Shown piece after piece: positions 45,322 to 55,030 of a stretch of DNA of 64,000 nt. A program made the translations under genes and the position numbers. Source of the stretch: Tepidiformaceae bacterium (lineage in GTDB: Bacteria > Chloroflexota > Dehalococcoidia > Tepidiformales > Tepidiformaceae). Each line of letters opens with the position of its first letter. The stretch's first letter is position 1. The stretch spans positions 192,163 through 256,162 of the forward strand of contig OZ242321.1 in assembly GCA_965208185.1 (NCBI GenBank). The letters are read 5' to 3'. The notes under the pieces are model-generated. The model did no database searches. It was not told where the DNA came from and saw nothing but the letters and a program-made list of their open reading frames with translations.

Positions 45322-46206
45322 ATGCCCCTGCTCAGCGTGATATCCGACAAACCGGGCGCCGGCAAGACCGGCGTCGCCGCCAGCGTGGCGCGCGACCTGG
45401 CCTACACAGGCCAGCGTGTCTGGCTGGTGCGGGGCGAAGGCTCGGACGCCGCCAGCAACGCAGCCGCCGACGCGCACTGGTTCTCGACCCTCGAGTTCGC
45501 GCCGGGAAGCGCCTCGACGCCCGTGGGGGCGAGCATGATCCCGCCGCCAAGCGGCGACGAGATCGTCGTCGCGGAGCTCGAGGAGGCGCTGGAGCGATCG
45601 GACGCCACGATTCTCGTGACGCGCGGTCTTCCCGACGAAGCACGCGTGGCTGAGGTTGCACCGACCGCGGTCGTGGCGCTCGACGTCGCCACCTCCGCCC
45701 TGGCGGACGCAACCGACGAGGTCGGAGGCGCGCCGCTTGTCGCGGTCGCGGAGGACCGCACGCTGGCCGGGTTCAGCGTGTCGGAGGCGCAGGCGACCCT
45801 GCGCGCAGAGACGCTGGTGGAGGGGGACGGGCTCGACCCGACCTGCGACCACCTCGTGATCGCGCCCATCGGGTCGGACTCGGGTCAGCCGTACCTTGAG
45901 CGCTTCGAGACGAAGGCGGTGGTGGTGCGGTTCGACAAGACGGACCAGCACCTGGCGGCGCTGGCCACGGAGCCCGCGTGCCTGATCCTGACGGGCGGGC
46001 GGCGCCCCAGCGAGTACCTGTTCGACGCTGCCAGCGCGCGGGGCGTGCCCGTCATGCTCTCGCGCACGGACACGGAGAACACGGTCATCGCGCTCGAGGG
46101 CATCTTTGACCGCACGCGCTTCCACGGGGAGCGCAAGCTGGAGCGGATGGCGGAGTTGCTGGGGGCGGCGGGGCTGTCGGAGCGGGTGGCGGCGGCGCTG
46201 GGCTAG
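45322..46206 (+). CDS. P-loop (BioD/CobQ-like) + DRTGG domain protein, resembling the N-terminal regulatory half of long phosphotransacetylases but lacking the PTA catalytic domain
   Basis: From ATG 45322: ISDKPGAGKTGVA P-loop, then a DRTGG-like region (LVIAPIGSDS ... CLILTGGRRPSEYLFDAASARGVPVMLSRTDT). Confidence 0.7.
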   Translation: MPLLSVISDKPGAGKTGVAASVARDLAYTGQRVWLVRGEGSDAASNAAADAHWFSTLEFAPGSASTPVGASMIPPPSGDEIVVAELEEALERSDATILVTRGLPDEARVAEVAPTAVVALDVATSALADATDEVGGAPLVAVAEDRTLAGFSVSEAQATLRAETLVEGDGLDPTCDHLVIAPIGSDSGQPYLERFETKAVVVRFDKTDQHLAALATEPACLILTGGRRPSEYLFDAASARGVPVMLSRTDTENTVIALEGIFDRTRFHGERKLERMAELLGAAGLSERVAAALG

Positions 46207-46223
46207 GCCAGGACTCCCCAACC

Positions 46224-47090
46224 CTAGCTTTTCGCTGTGAGAGTGGCCCGACGAGTTAAGCCGTCGCGAAACAGCAACTGGCTGGCGTAACCCGCGTGCT
46301 CGTCGAACCGATCCCGAGCCCACTGGGCCAACCGTCTATCGGAAGGCAGGGTCTCGCCCCAAAAGAAGTAGTTCGCCATGGCCCGTCGTACCCAGGTATC
46401 CACCGGAAACGCCCTCGTCTTGTCCAGTGCGAAGAGCGCGATGCAGTTGGCAATCTTCTCCCCGATCCCATCGCATAGCTGAAGTTGCCCGATTGCTTGG
46501 GAGGTACTCGCCTGCGCCAGGTCGTGCCAGTCGAGTTGGCCAGCAGCCGCGACAATTCTGGAGGGAAGGGAAGGAAGTCCTGTGGTTAGGCTCTTGATGT
46601 GTTCCTCACCCGCTCGGAGCACTGTCTCCTGATCCGGGAACACTCTGCGAACGTCGCCGTCAAGCTCTGTCTCCTCACCCAAGTCGCCGGCGATGCTCTC
46701 GACATTGGCGGCGATGCGCTCGACCCTGCTGTTAGCCGAACAAATGTAGGCGACCGCGCACTGCCAGGGGTCGGGATGGCGGAGCACACGCAAGTAGGGG
46801 TAGCGCCTAACGAGCCTCGACATGCTGCTATCGCGTTCGGCAAGAGCCCTTCGGCCAGCTTCGTGGCTTCCGTCTAGCCGGAAATAGGAACGAAGGACTT
46901 CGTCTAGGTCAGCCTTGGCTCGGTACTCCAGCACCTGTTGACGCTGGTTGATGTGGACTACGTGAGCGTTCAACACCCCCGACAGCCAGCCGTCCTTCCA
47001 AGTCCGCCAGCGAAAGTCCTGGGTGCCATCGAGGACTGCCTCGAGATCGAAATACTCGTCGACAGGCAGTTGGCGTGTCTGTACCGCCAC
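46224..47090 (-). CDS. ogg: 8-oxoguanine DNA glycosylase/AP lyase (Ogg1-type HhH-GPD protein)
   Basis: OGG_N-like N-terminus and an HhH-GPD motif LCDGIGEKIANCIALFAL...FPVDTWV. Confidence 0.8.
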   Translation of the reverse strand: MAVQTRQLPVDEYFDLEAVLDGTQDFRWRTWKDGWLSGVLNAHVVHINQRQQVLEYRAKADLDEVLRSYFRLDGSHEAGRRALAERDSSMSRLVRRYPYLRVLRHPDPWQCAVAYICSANSRVERIAANVESIAGDLGEETELDGDVRRVFPDQETVLRAGEEHIKSLTTGLPSLPSRIVAAAGQLDWHDLAQASTSQAIGQLQLCDGIGEKIANCIALFALDKTRAFPVDTWVRRAMANYFFWGETLPSDRRLAQWARDRFDEHAGYASQLLFRDGLTRRATLTAKS

Positions 47091-47102
47091 TCGCTGAGCT
47101 AG

Positions 47103-47654
47103 CTAGCTGTCGCGGCGGCGGACGAGCGAGGTTGAGCGGCGGACGAGTCCGCCGAGGGGACGGCGGCCGGGTTCTTCTTCGATGTGGTTGGCGGCGGGAC
47201 CGGGGGCGGCGGCGGGCGCCTTCTCGTGGCCGCAGTACGGACACGCGAGCCAGCCGAAGTCGAGGGGTTTGTCGCAGGCCTCGCAGCGTTCCTTGAGGTC
47301 GACCAGGCAGAACGGACAGACGAGGTAGTCGTCGCGCACGCGGCGGCGGCAGGCGGGGCAGGCCTTCTGGTCGTCGAGGTCCTGGAGGATGGCCTCCTCC
47401 TCAAGGGAACGCTCGTAGAGCTCGGTGAGGGTCTGGCGGGGGCGAAGGATGAGGTAGACCCAGTGTCCGGGCAGGAAGAAGGCGAGCACGAGCAGGATCG
47501 AGATGAGCTGCATGATGGGGTCGCGGGTGCGCTGCCGGATGTCACGGAAGACCCAGAAGATGAGGGCGACCCAGATGACGGCGCCGTAGATCGAGAGGAC
47601 CGTGAGGACGAGCCGAACGGTGTCCTGCCAGGAGCCGCCGGGCCAATCGAACAT
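47103..47654 (-). CDS. membrane protein with PLD-nuclease-N-like TM domain and double zinc ribbon
   Basis: TM helices (LVLTVLSIYGAVIWVALIFWVF; LISILLVLAFFLPGHWVYLIL), then CPACRRRV..CPFC..CEAC..CPYCG. Confidence 0.65.
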   Translation of the reverse strand: MFDWPGGSWQDTVRLVLTVLSIYGAVIWVALIFWVFRDIRQRTRDPIMQLISILLVLAFFLPGHWVYLILRPRQTLTELYERSLEEEAILQDLDDQKACPACRRRVRDDYLVCPFCLVDLKERCEACDKPLDFGWLACPYCGHEKAPAAAPGPAANHIEEEPGRRPLGGLVRRSTSLVRRRDS

Positions 47655-47814
47655 CGAGAATTCCTTACCTTCGGGCCACGTACTCGACGCGCCGCGCGCT
47701 CACCGCGCCGCCACGTTCTGAGGGTACAGCATCGCCCCGTAAGCGCGCGACGAAACTGTTCAGTCCGTTGATCACACTAGGGCGCGGGAGGTCGGGAGCC
47801 GATACGATAGGCGC

Positions 47815-50004
47815 GTGCCCGCTGCCCAGAATCCGTCCCCTGCCGTCGAGGGTCTGAACCCGGCGCAGCGCGCGGCTGTCGAGCACGGCGAGGGCGCGCA
47901 ACTCATCCTGGCGGGGCCGGGCAGCGGCAAGACGCGCGTCATCACGAACCGGATCGCGTGGCTGGTGGGGGAGCAGCGGATCGCGCCCTGGCGCATCCTG
48001 GCGGTGACCTTCACGAACAAGGCAGCGCGGGAGATGCGGGCCCGGGCGCAGGGTCTCCTCGGCGAGGACGCGGCCAAGCTGCATCTCGGGACGTTCCACT
48101 CAATGTGCGCACGCTGGCTGCGTATTCACGGGGAAGCGATAGGGCTGTCGCCCAACTACGTGATCTACGACGACGACGACCAGATGGCGCTCGTGCGGCG
48201 CGTCCTCGAAGAGCTCAACGTCGACAAGCACCAATTCCCGCCGCGGGATGTGCTCGCAGCAATCTCTCGCGCAAAGAGCAATCTCAAGGACGCCAAGGTC
48301 TTGGAACGGGAAGTCAAGAGCTACCTGGACGAGGTTGTTGTGCGGACCTACGAGCGATACCAACGAGGCTTGCGTTCTTCCAATGCACTTGACTTCGACG
48401 ATTTGTTGTCTGAAACGGTCCGCCTCTTTCGTGTGGGAGAGCCCACCCTTGAACGACTGTCGGACCGATACATACAAATACTTGTCGACGAATTCCAAGA
48501 CACCAACCTTGCGCAGTATGTTCTCTCAAGGCAGCTGGCCTCGGTTCACGGCAATCTTTGTGTGGTGGGAGATCCAGACCAGAGTATCTACTCGTGGAGG
48601 TCGGCCGATCCGCGGAACATCCAGTATTTCCTGCGTGACTTTCCAGAAGCGACAACCTACCTCCTGGAGCAGAACTATCGCTCCACGCAACCGATCCTTG
48701 ATGCCGCAACGGCCGTCATCGGAAACAATCCCGATCACATCGACCGCAAGCTCTGGACAGATCGCACGGAAGGAAACGCTCTCACCTACTACCAAGCCTA
48801 CGCGCCAGAAGCAGAGGCAGAGTTCATCGCCCTGCAGATCGAACGGCTCTCGGCGGCAGGTACGCCGCCCAGTGCGATCGCTGTGTTGTATCGCACGAAC
48901 AGACGGTCCCGACCAATCGAGGACGCCCTTGTTCGCCATCGTATCGAGTATCGGATGGTCGGCGGGGTGCGTTTCTATCAGCGGCGGGAGATTAAAGACC
49001 TCATCGCCTACCTTCGGCTGATCTACAACCGCTTCGATGAAGCGAGCCTGCTTCGTGTGATCAACGTGCCTACACGGGGCATCGGCAAAACCACCGTATC
49101 CCGACTAGCGGAGTATGCGCGGGCTACTGGGCTCACCATTTGGGATGCCTGCGAGGCAACCGCGCGTGGCGAACCGGTTGGGGACATCACCACCCGCGGA
49201 GCTTCGGCAGTGCGGGACTTCGTTCACCTGGTCGAGGCTCTCCAAGTCGAAGTCAACGCGCCGTTGGGCGAGACCCTAGATCGCATTGTGGCCGAGACAA
49301 AGTATGTCGACTATCTGAGCACCTATGAAGCCAAAGGGGAGGAACGCGCGGGGAACGTGATGGAACTGCGTGCGGTCATGGAACAGTACGAGGACACGAC
49401 CGGCAGCGAAGCCAGCGACCTCGCAAGCTTCTTGCAGGACGTCGCGCTCGTCAGCGATCTCGACGGCCCTGAGGGCGCTCAGGAAGTTGTGACGCTTAGC
49501 ACGCTCCACTCAGCAAAAGGGCTTGAATTCGGAGTGGTTTTCATGCCCGGAATGGAGGAGGGGACACTCCCGTTTCGCCGGGCCCTGGAAGAAACCGAGC
49601 AATTGGAGGAAGAGCGTCGCCTGGCATACGTAGGTATCACTCGCGCGAAGGACGAGGTGTACTTCACACGGGCGTTCGGGTCGCCCTCACGGTTCCTCGG
49701 GGAGATCCCCGAGCACCTGCTCCAGCCTTTCCGAAGCGGTGACAAGCGCCAGGTGCGGGAGCGGGTGGCCCCGGTGGCGGCGCCCCCTCGTCCGGCCTCC
49801 GCGGCGTCGGGGGCGGCAGCGGCGGCGGCTGCCGAGCCGCAGTGGCAGGCGGGCGAGCGCGTGCGTCACGCGCACTTTGGGGAAGGCATCGTCGTGAGTT
49901 GCCAGGAGCGCCGCGGAGACGTGGAGGTGGTTGTGGCGTTCGACGACGAGCAGGCTGGGGTCAAGCGACTCCTGCAGAGCCTGGCGCCACTGGAGCGGGC
50001 TTAG
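47815..50004 (+). CDS. pcrA: ATP-dependent DNA helicase PcrA/UvrD
   Basis: LNPAQRAAVEH, Walker A AGPGSGKT, VDEFQDTN, TLHSAKGLEF and YVGITRA motifs; 729 aa. Confidence 0.95.
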   Translation: MPAAQNPSPAVEGLNPAQRAAVEHGEGAQLILAGPGSGKTRVITNRIAWLVGEQRIAPWRILAVTFTNKAAREMRARAQGLLGEDAAKLHLGTFHSMCARWLRIHGEAIGLSPNYVIYDDDDQMALVRRVLEELNVDKHQFPPRDVLAAISRAKSNLKDAKVLEREVKSYLDEVVVRTYERYQRGLRSSNALDFDDLLSETVRLFRVGEPTLERLSDRYIQILVDEFQDTNLAQYVLSRQLASVHGNLCVVGDPDQSIYSWRSADPRNIQYFLRDFPEATTYLLEQNYRSTQPILDAATAVIGNNPDHIDRKLWTDRTEGNALTYYQAYAPEAEAEFIALQIERLSAAGTPPSAIAVLYRTNRRSRPIEDALVRHRIEYRMVGGVRFYQRREIKDLIAYLRLIYNRFDEASLLRVINVPTRGIGKTTVSRLAEYARATGLTIWDACEATARGEPVGDITTRGASAVRDFVHLVEALQVEVNAPLGETLDRIVAETKYVDYLSTYEAKGEERAGNVMELRAVMEQYEDTTGSEASDLASFLQDVALVSDLDGPEGAQEVVTLSTLHSAKGLEFGVVFMPGMEEGTLPFRRALEETEQLEEERRLAYVGITRAKDEVYFTRAFGSPSRFLGEIPEHLLQPFRSGDKRQVRERVAPVAAPPRPASAASGAAAAAAAEPQWQAGERVRHAHFGEGIVVSCQERRGDVEVVVAFDDEQAGVKRLLQSLAPLERA

Positions 50005-50007
50005 CCG

Positions 50008-50490
50008 CTATTCGCCTGCGTCGCGCCTGGGGACCATGACCTTGCGGGTGAAGGTGAGGACGGTCTCGCCGCGCTGGTTGTAGCCGCGCGTATCGACGGT
50101 GACGATGCCGCGGTCGTTGCGCGAGCGGGACTCGACCTTGTCGGTCACGGTGGTCTCGGCGTAGACGGTGTCGCCGTGGAAAGTGGGGGCGGTGTGTTTG
50201 AGTGACTCGACCTCCAGGTTGGCGATGGCCTTCCCAGAGATCTCGGTGACCGTCATGCCGAAGATGATCGAGTAGACGAGGGTGCCCACAACCACGTTCT
50301 TGCCGAACTGGGTCTCCTCCTCGGCGTAGCGGGCGTCGATGTGGAGGGGGTGGTGGTTCATGGTCTGCATGCAGTGGAGGACGTCGTCGTACTCGGTGAT
50401 GGTGCGTCCGGGCCAGTGCTTGAAGACGTCGCCGACCTCGAACTCCTCGTAGTAGCGACCGAAGTCTTCGCGCCCGTCGTGGACAGTCAT
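50008..50490 (-). CDS. MaoC-family (R)-specific enoyl-CoA hydratase/dehydratase
   Basis: From ATG 50490: MTVHDGREDFGRYYEEFEVGDVF...NHHPLHID hot-dog fold signature; 160 aa. Confidence 0.85.
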   Translation of the reverse strand: MTVHDGREDFGRYYEEFEVGDVFKHWPGRTITEYDDVLHCMQTMNHHPLHIDARYAEEETQFGKNVVVGTLVYSIIFGMTVTEISGKAIANLEVESLKHTAPTFHGDTVYAETTVTDKVESRSRNDRGIVTVDTRGYNQRGETVLTFTRKVMVPRRDAGE

Positions 50491-50530
50491 ATCTGGCTCC
50501 TGGCTGTTGGCTGTTGGTCCCCGCCCCCGA

Positions 50531-51706
50531 CTAGTCGATGGCGTAGTCGCGGAGGAGGTTGCGGGCGATGACGATCTTCTGGATGTCGCTGGTGCCCTCG
50601 GCGATGACCATGACGGGAGCGTCGCGGTAGTAGCGCTCGAGGGGAAGCTCCTTGCTGTAGCCGACGCCGCCGTGGAGCCGGAGGGCCTCGAGGACGACCT
50701 CCTGGCAGACCTCGGTGGCGAACAGCTTGGCCATGCCCGCGTCGAGGTCGGAGCGGGCACCGCTGTCCTTGCGGCGGGCGGCGTCAAAGGTGAGGAGGCG
50801 GGCGGCGCGGATCTTGGTCGCCATCTCGGCGAGGCGGATCTGCTGGGCCTGGTGCTGGGCGATGGGCTTGCCGAAGGCGTGGCGCTGCTGGGCGTAGGCG
50901 ATGGCGTCGTCGAAGGCGGCCTGGGCCACGCCGACGCCGCGGGCGGCGACGTTGATGCGTCCCACTTCGAGCGCGCTCATGACGTGCTGGAAGCCGCGGC
51001 CTTCATCGCCGCTGAGGAGGTTGCCGGCGGGGACGCGGGCATTGTCGAAGGCGAGCTCAGTGGTCTCGACGCCCTTGTAGCCGAGCTTCTCGAGCTTGCG
51101 CCCGACGAAGAAACCCTCCATGCCGGGCTCGACGAGGAAGGCGCTGATGCCGCGGTGGGCGGGCTGGGCCTCCATGTCGGTCTTGGTGAGGACGAGGTAG
51201 ACGCCGGCGCGCTGGCCGTTGGTGACCCACATCTTCTGGCCATTGATGACGTAGTCGTCGCCGTCGCGGGTGGCCTGGGTCTTGATCGCCTGTGCGTCGG
51301 AGCCGGCGTCGGGCTCGGTGATGCTGAGGGCGGCGCGGATCTCGGGGTCGATCATGCGGGGGAGGAAGCTCTGCTTCTGCTCGTCGGTGCCGTAGGTGGA
51401 GATGGCGTAGCCGACGAGGACGTGGGTGTTGAGCACGCCCGCAAGGCTCATCCAGCCGCGGGCGAGCTCGACGCAGACGCCGGCGTAGCACTCGAAGCTG
51501 AGGTCGAGTCCGCCGTATTCCTCGGGAACCTTGATGGCGAAGAGGCCCATCTCGGCCATGCCGTTGACTAGGGGCTCGGGGTACTCGTCGGCGTGCTCGT
51601 ACTCGCTGGCGACGGGCCTGACCTCGCGGTCCACCCAGACGCCGACGTTGGAGACGATCTCCTGGGCGATGGGATCGAGGATGTCGGCTGCGAAGTCACG
51701 CGCCAT
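50531..51706 (-). CDS. acyl-CoA dehydrogenase family protein
   Basis: 391 aa (LSITEPDAGSDAQAI ... RLHGGVGYSKELPLERYYRDA). Confidence 0.9.
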   Translation of the reverse strand: MARDFAADILDPIAQEIVSNVGVWVDREVRPVASEYEHADEYPEPLVNGMAEMGLFAIKVPEEYGGLDLSFECYAGVCVELARGWMSLAGVLNTHVLVGYAISTYGTDEQKQSFLPRMIDPEIRAALSITEPDAGSDAQAIKTQATRDGDDYVINGQKMWVTNGQRAGVYLVLTKTDMEAQPAHRGISAFLVEPGMEGFFVGRKLEKLGYKGVETTELAFDNARVPAGNLLSGDEGRGFQHVMSALEVGRINVAARGVGVAQAAFDDAIAYAQQRHAFGKPIAQHQAQQIRLAEMATKIRAARLLTFDAARRKDSGARSDLDAGMAKLFATEVCQEVVLEALRLHGGVGYSKELPLERYYRDAPVMVIAEGTSDIQKIVIARNLLRDYAID

Positions 51707-51753
51707 CAGGGGGCTCCTCCGGTGTTGGGTGATGCGGCCGCCCGTTCGCGGCC

Positions 51754-53007
51754 CTAGCTTCGCCCCTGTCCCTCTTCGGTGGCGCCGACGAGGATAGCCA
51801 TGTTGCCGTCGGGGTGGCGGTTTTCGAACATAAGCTGGTGGCAGGCCCCCGTGTCGTCAAAGCGGAAGACGCGGGAGAGGCAGGGGTCGATCTTGCCCTG
51901 GATGACGAGGTCGTTGAAGGCGGTCGCCTGCTCGTCGTTGGCGAAGTGGGAGCCCTGGAAGCGCTTCTGGCGCATCCAGAGGTAGCGCAGGTCGACATCG
52001 GCGTTGTAGCCGGTTGTGCCGGCGCAGATGACGACCATGCCGCCGGTGTCGCAGACGAACATGGAGGTGGGGAGGGTGTCCTCACCGGGGTGCTCGAAGA
52101 CGATGCGGGGGCTGCGGCGCTCACCGAGCACGTCCCAGATGGCCTTGCCGAACGCACGAGCGCCCTTCTGGAACTCGCCCATGCCGCCTGCGTCTTCCCA
52201 GTTCGGGAGGCGGCCCCAGTGGTCGAAGTTTTTGCGGTTGATGTAGCCGACGGCTCCGAGCTGTTTGCAGAACTCGCCCTTCTCCTCGCTGGAGACGACG
52301 GCGATGGGCTTCGCGCCCTGGAGGGCGGCGAGCTGGATGGCCATCGTGCCGAGGCCGCCGGCGCCGCCCCAGATGAGGACGACATCGTCCTCGCGGACGT
52401 CGTGCGGGGGCCAGGAGAAGAGCATGCGATAGGCGGTTGCGCCCACGAGGGTAGGGGCGGCCGCCTCCTCCCAGGTGAGGTGGGGCGCCTTGGGCAGGCA
52501 CTGGTGGGCCTGCACACGCGTGAACTGCGAGAACGATCCCCAGTTCGTCTCGTACCCCCAGATACGGTAGGAGGGGTCGTACATGGGGTCGTTGCCGGCG
52601 GTCACCCAGGGCGCGTGAATGTTCCAGATGCCGCAGTGGATGATGACTTCGTCGCCCACCTTGACGTTGGTGACGTTCTCGCCGACGGCGTAGACGATGC
52701 CGGACGCATCGGACCCGCCTATGTGGAAGTCCTCGACTTCGCCGGCCTTCTGGCGGGCGGCGATAACGTCGATGGGGACGCCGCGGCCGGCCCAGACGTT
52801 GTTGTAGTTGACGCCCGCGGCCATGACGTAGACGAGGGCATCGTCGGGGCCCACGGGGGGGATGTCGACGACTTCGGGGGCGAACGCCTGGGTGGGCTCC
52901 CCGAAGCGAGACTCGCGAATGAGCTGGGCGTGCATGCGCTTGGGGACTTCGCCCAATGGAGGCGCTTCGCCGAGCGGATACAGATCGCTGCCCGTGCCGG
53001 AGGTCAT
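51754..53007 (-). CDS. ccr: crotonyl-CoA carboxylase/reductase-like enoyl-thioester reductase
   Basis: From ATG 53007 ([14 protein letters not shown]), 417 aa. Ccr-like stretches [36 protein letters not shown] and WGGAGGLG. The upstream 275 codons of the track ORF are an artefact. Confidence 0.8.
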   Translation of the reverse strand: MTSGTGSDLYPLGEAPPLGEVPKRMHAQLIRESRFGEPTQAFAPEVVDIPPVGPDDALVYVMAAGVNYNNVWAGRGVPIDVIAARQKAGEVEDFHIGGSDASGIVYAVGENVTNVKVGDEVIIHCGIWNIHAPWVTAGNDPMYDPSYRIWGYETNWGSFSQFTRVQAHQCLPKAPHLTWEEAAAPTLVGATAYRMLFSWPPHDVREDDVVLIWGGAGGLGTMAIQLAALQGAKPIAVVSSEEKGEFCKQLGAVGYINRKNFDHWGRLPNWEDAGGMGEFQKGARAFGKAIWDVLGERRSPRIVFEHPGEDTLPTSMFVCDTGGMVVICAGTTGYNADVDLRYLWMRQKRFQGSHFANDEQATAFNDLVIQGKIDPCLSRVFRFDDTGACHQLMFENRHPDGNMAILVGATEEGQGRS

Positions 53008-53131
53008 GCGGCCCCTGATCAGGAAGGTGGCCGAAATGTTACCCCCACGAGTCGCACGGGCAAATGGGGGTCGGCGTGGGGGCTTGAGGAGATGTCGGGA
53101 TGGGCGTGATGCCACGATCGTGGCGGTCCCA

Positions 53132-53160
53132 TTGACGCCCCACCGAACCGCCCCTACGGT
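53132..53160 (+). promoter_or_regulatory. possible promoter for the lysyl-oxidase-like gene
   Basis: TTGACG, 17-nt spacer, TACGGT. Confidence 0.25.
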
Positions 53161-53244
53161 GCCATACGTCCAGCCACATGTTCTTGACGCGTGGCTGCGG
53201 CAGGGGGACTCGTCCAGGCCCCTGGAGCGAGGCGAGGCAGTTCG

Positions 53245-54912
53245 ATGGCAACTGACCGCTCGGGGTGGAAGTCGCCGGGCCCGGCGAAGCTTGTAGCGCT
53301 GGCAGTCCTGACCGCGCTGGTCGTGGGCGGCGTTCTCGTGGCCTCGTGGGGCGACGGGGCCCGTGAGGTGAGCGATGCGTCGGAGAACCCGGTCCGAGCG
53401 GAGACCAAGGCGAACACCGGCGCCCAAACGGAGTCCACGTCCACACCCGAGGCCACGGATGGAGGCAAGTCCACGAAGAATGGGGTGACCTCCGCGGATG
53501 AGGAGGGACCGGACGAGCCGTCGCCAACGGCAGCTGCGACGGAACCTGCGGAGGTGTCCATCGTCGCGGCCTCGCGACTGGTCACGGAGGCAGCGCAGGC
53601 GATGTTCACCCTGACGCGCACGGGTGAGACGGGACTGGCACTGACGGTGGCGGTTGGTATAGCGGAAAGCGGCGCGATGCTTGCAGGCGACGGGCGGGAG
53701 ACGGTGACGTTCGAGGCCGGGGAGCGCACGACGACTCTGTCGGTGGCGTTGGCGGACGACAGCGTCGTCGAGGAGACGAGCAGGGTCTCGGCGACGATCA
53801 CCCCGGGGTCCGGCTATGTCGCTTCGGCGCATGCGGGCTCGGCCGACGTGTACGTGGCCGACAACGACCGTGCCTTCCTGCTTCCCGACCTGGTGGCCGA
53901 TCCTCCCGTTCCCGCGGGTGGGCCGGAGGTGGTCTGGTGGGACGGGGAGGAGATGCTGGTTCTGCGCTTCGAGGGGTATGTCACCAACCTCGGCGAAGGC
54001 CCCCTGGACATCTCGGGGAATCCCCAGCTAACGGATCCGAACGACCCGACCAGTCATGACGTGTGGCAGCGGGTCCGGACCACAACCGGCGACTGGGTGA
54101 AGCTGACCAGGCCCCCGGTACGGTTTGAGACCGACGACGGACACAACCACTTCCACCTCATGGAGATCGTGGCGTACTCGTTGTGGGACGAGGCAGGCAC
54201 GACCCAGATCCTGCCAGGGGCGAAGGTCGGCTTCTGCATGCTGGATGTGGAGAGCCTGCCCGACCGGCACTCCAATCCGGGCGAGCAGGCCTACGAGAAG
54301 TCCAACGTCGAAAACTGTCGCGCCGATGAACCGGAGGCGGACTTCCTGCGTATGGGGGTCACGGAGGGGTGGCGGGACGTGTACAAGAGCGACGTTACGT
54401 TCCAGTGGGTGGATGTCTCCAATCTGAGCCCGGGGCACTACCGGCTGGCGGCCGAGTCCGATCCCTACGACATCGTGGTCGAGAGCGACGAGACGAATAA
54501 CGGTGTCGCCATGGCGGATGAAATCAGCGTTGTGCCGGGCTATGTCGCGCAGCCGCTCGCGGTGGAGACGGAACCGGGCACGGCGGTCCAGATCGTGCTG
54601 GAGTCCACGATCTTTGGGAGACCGGGGGCGCGCGTCTTCCGCGTCGTGACGCCGCCGGCCAACGGAGCCCTCGATACCGCGCCCGGCGCGACACTGTGGG
54701 GGACGAACCTGTGGTACACGCCAGACGAGGGGTTCTCCGGCGTCGACACGTTCGAGTACATAGCCTACGACTGGCACAGCGCCTACCCGCGCACCGACCC
54801 ACGCGCGATGGTCACGATCAACGTCGGCGAAACGGGCGTTGCCCTGCCGGCGCCGGAGGGCGGGGAAGACGTCGTTGCCGGGGCGGAGGCAGAGGTCACC
54901 GCGGCGCCGTAG
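53245..54912 (+). CDS. secreted/anchored multidomain protein: signal anchor, Calx-beta-like domain, lysyl-oxidase (LOX) catalytic domain, C-terminal Ig/cadherin-like domain
   Basis: From ATG 53245 (TM helix [17 protein letters not shown]). LOX signatures: Cu site [21 protein letters not shown] (LTQ Lys), [27 protein letters not shown] (LTQ Tyr) and ESDETNN. The C-terminal [13 protein letters not shown] is typical of bacterial Ig-like repeats. Confidence 0.85.
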   Translation: MATDRSGWKSPGPAKLVALAVLTALVVGGVLVASWGDGAREVSDASENPVRAETKANTGAQTESTSTPEATDGGKSTKNGVTSADEEGPDEPSPTAAATEPAEVSIVAASRLVTEAAQAMFTLTRTGETGLALTVAVGIAESGAMLAGDGRETVTFEAGERTTTLSVALADDSVVEETSRVSATITPGSGYVASAHAGSADVYVADNDRAFLLPDLVADPPVPAGGPEVVWWDGEEMLVLRFEGYVTNLGEGPLDISGNPQLTDPNDPTSHDVWQRVRTTTGDWVKLTRPPVRFETDDGHNHFHLMEIVAYSLWDEAGTTQILPGAKVGFCMLDVESLPDRHSNPGEQAYEKSNVENCRADEPEADFLRMGVTEGWRDVYKSDVTFQWVDVSNLSPGHYRLAAESDPYDIVVESDETNNGVAMADEISVVPGYVAQPLAVETEPGTAVQIVLESTIFGRPGARVFRVVTPPANGALDTAPGATLWGTNLWYTPDEGFSGVDTFEYIAYDWHSAYPRTDPRAMVTINVGETGVALPAPEGGEDVVAGAEAEVTAAP

Positions 54913-54981
54913 GCGTGGGTTCGCGAGGCCCGCACCGCCCGGCTGGCAGGGGTCAAGGCTTGGTCCGTTCAGGGGCGTCCG

Positions 54982-54990
54982 TGCTATAGT
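54982..54990 (+). promoter_or_regulatory. possible extended -10 promoter element (TGcTATAGT) upstream of nuoA
   Basis: gTGcTATAGT lies ~40 nt upstream of the GTG at 55031. Confidence 0.3.
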
Positions 54991-55030
54991 GCCGCGGGTC
55001 TTCGCGAGAGATTTCACAAACGGCTGAGGC

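Noticed and set aside
47735-47760. LexA/Cheo-box-like GAAACTGTTC upstream of pcrA
   Set aside because: It does not fit GAAC-N4-GTTC, because the half-sites are 2 nt too close.
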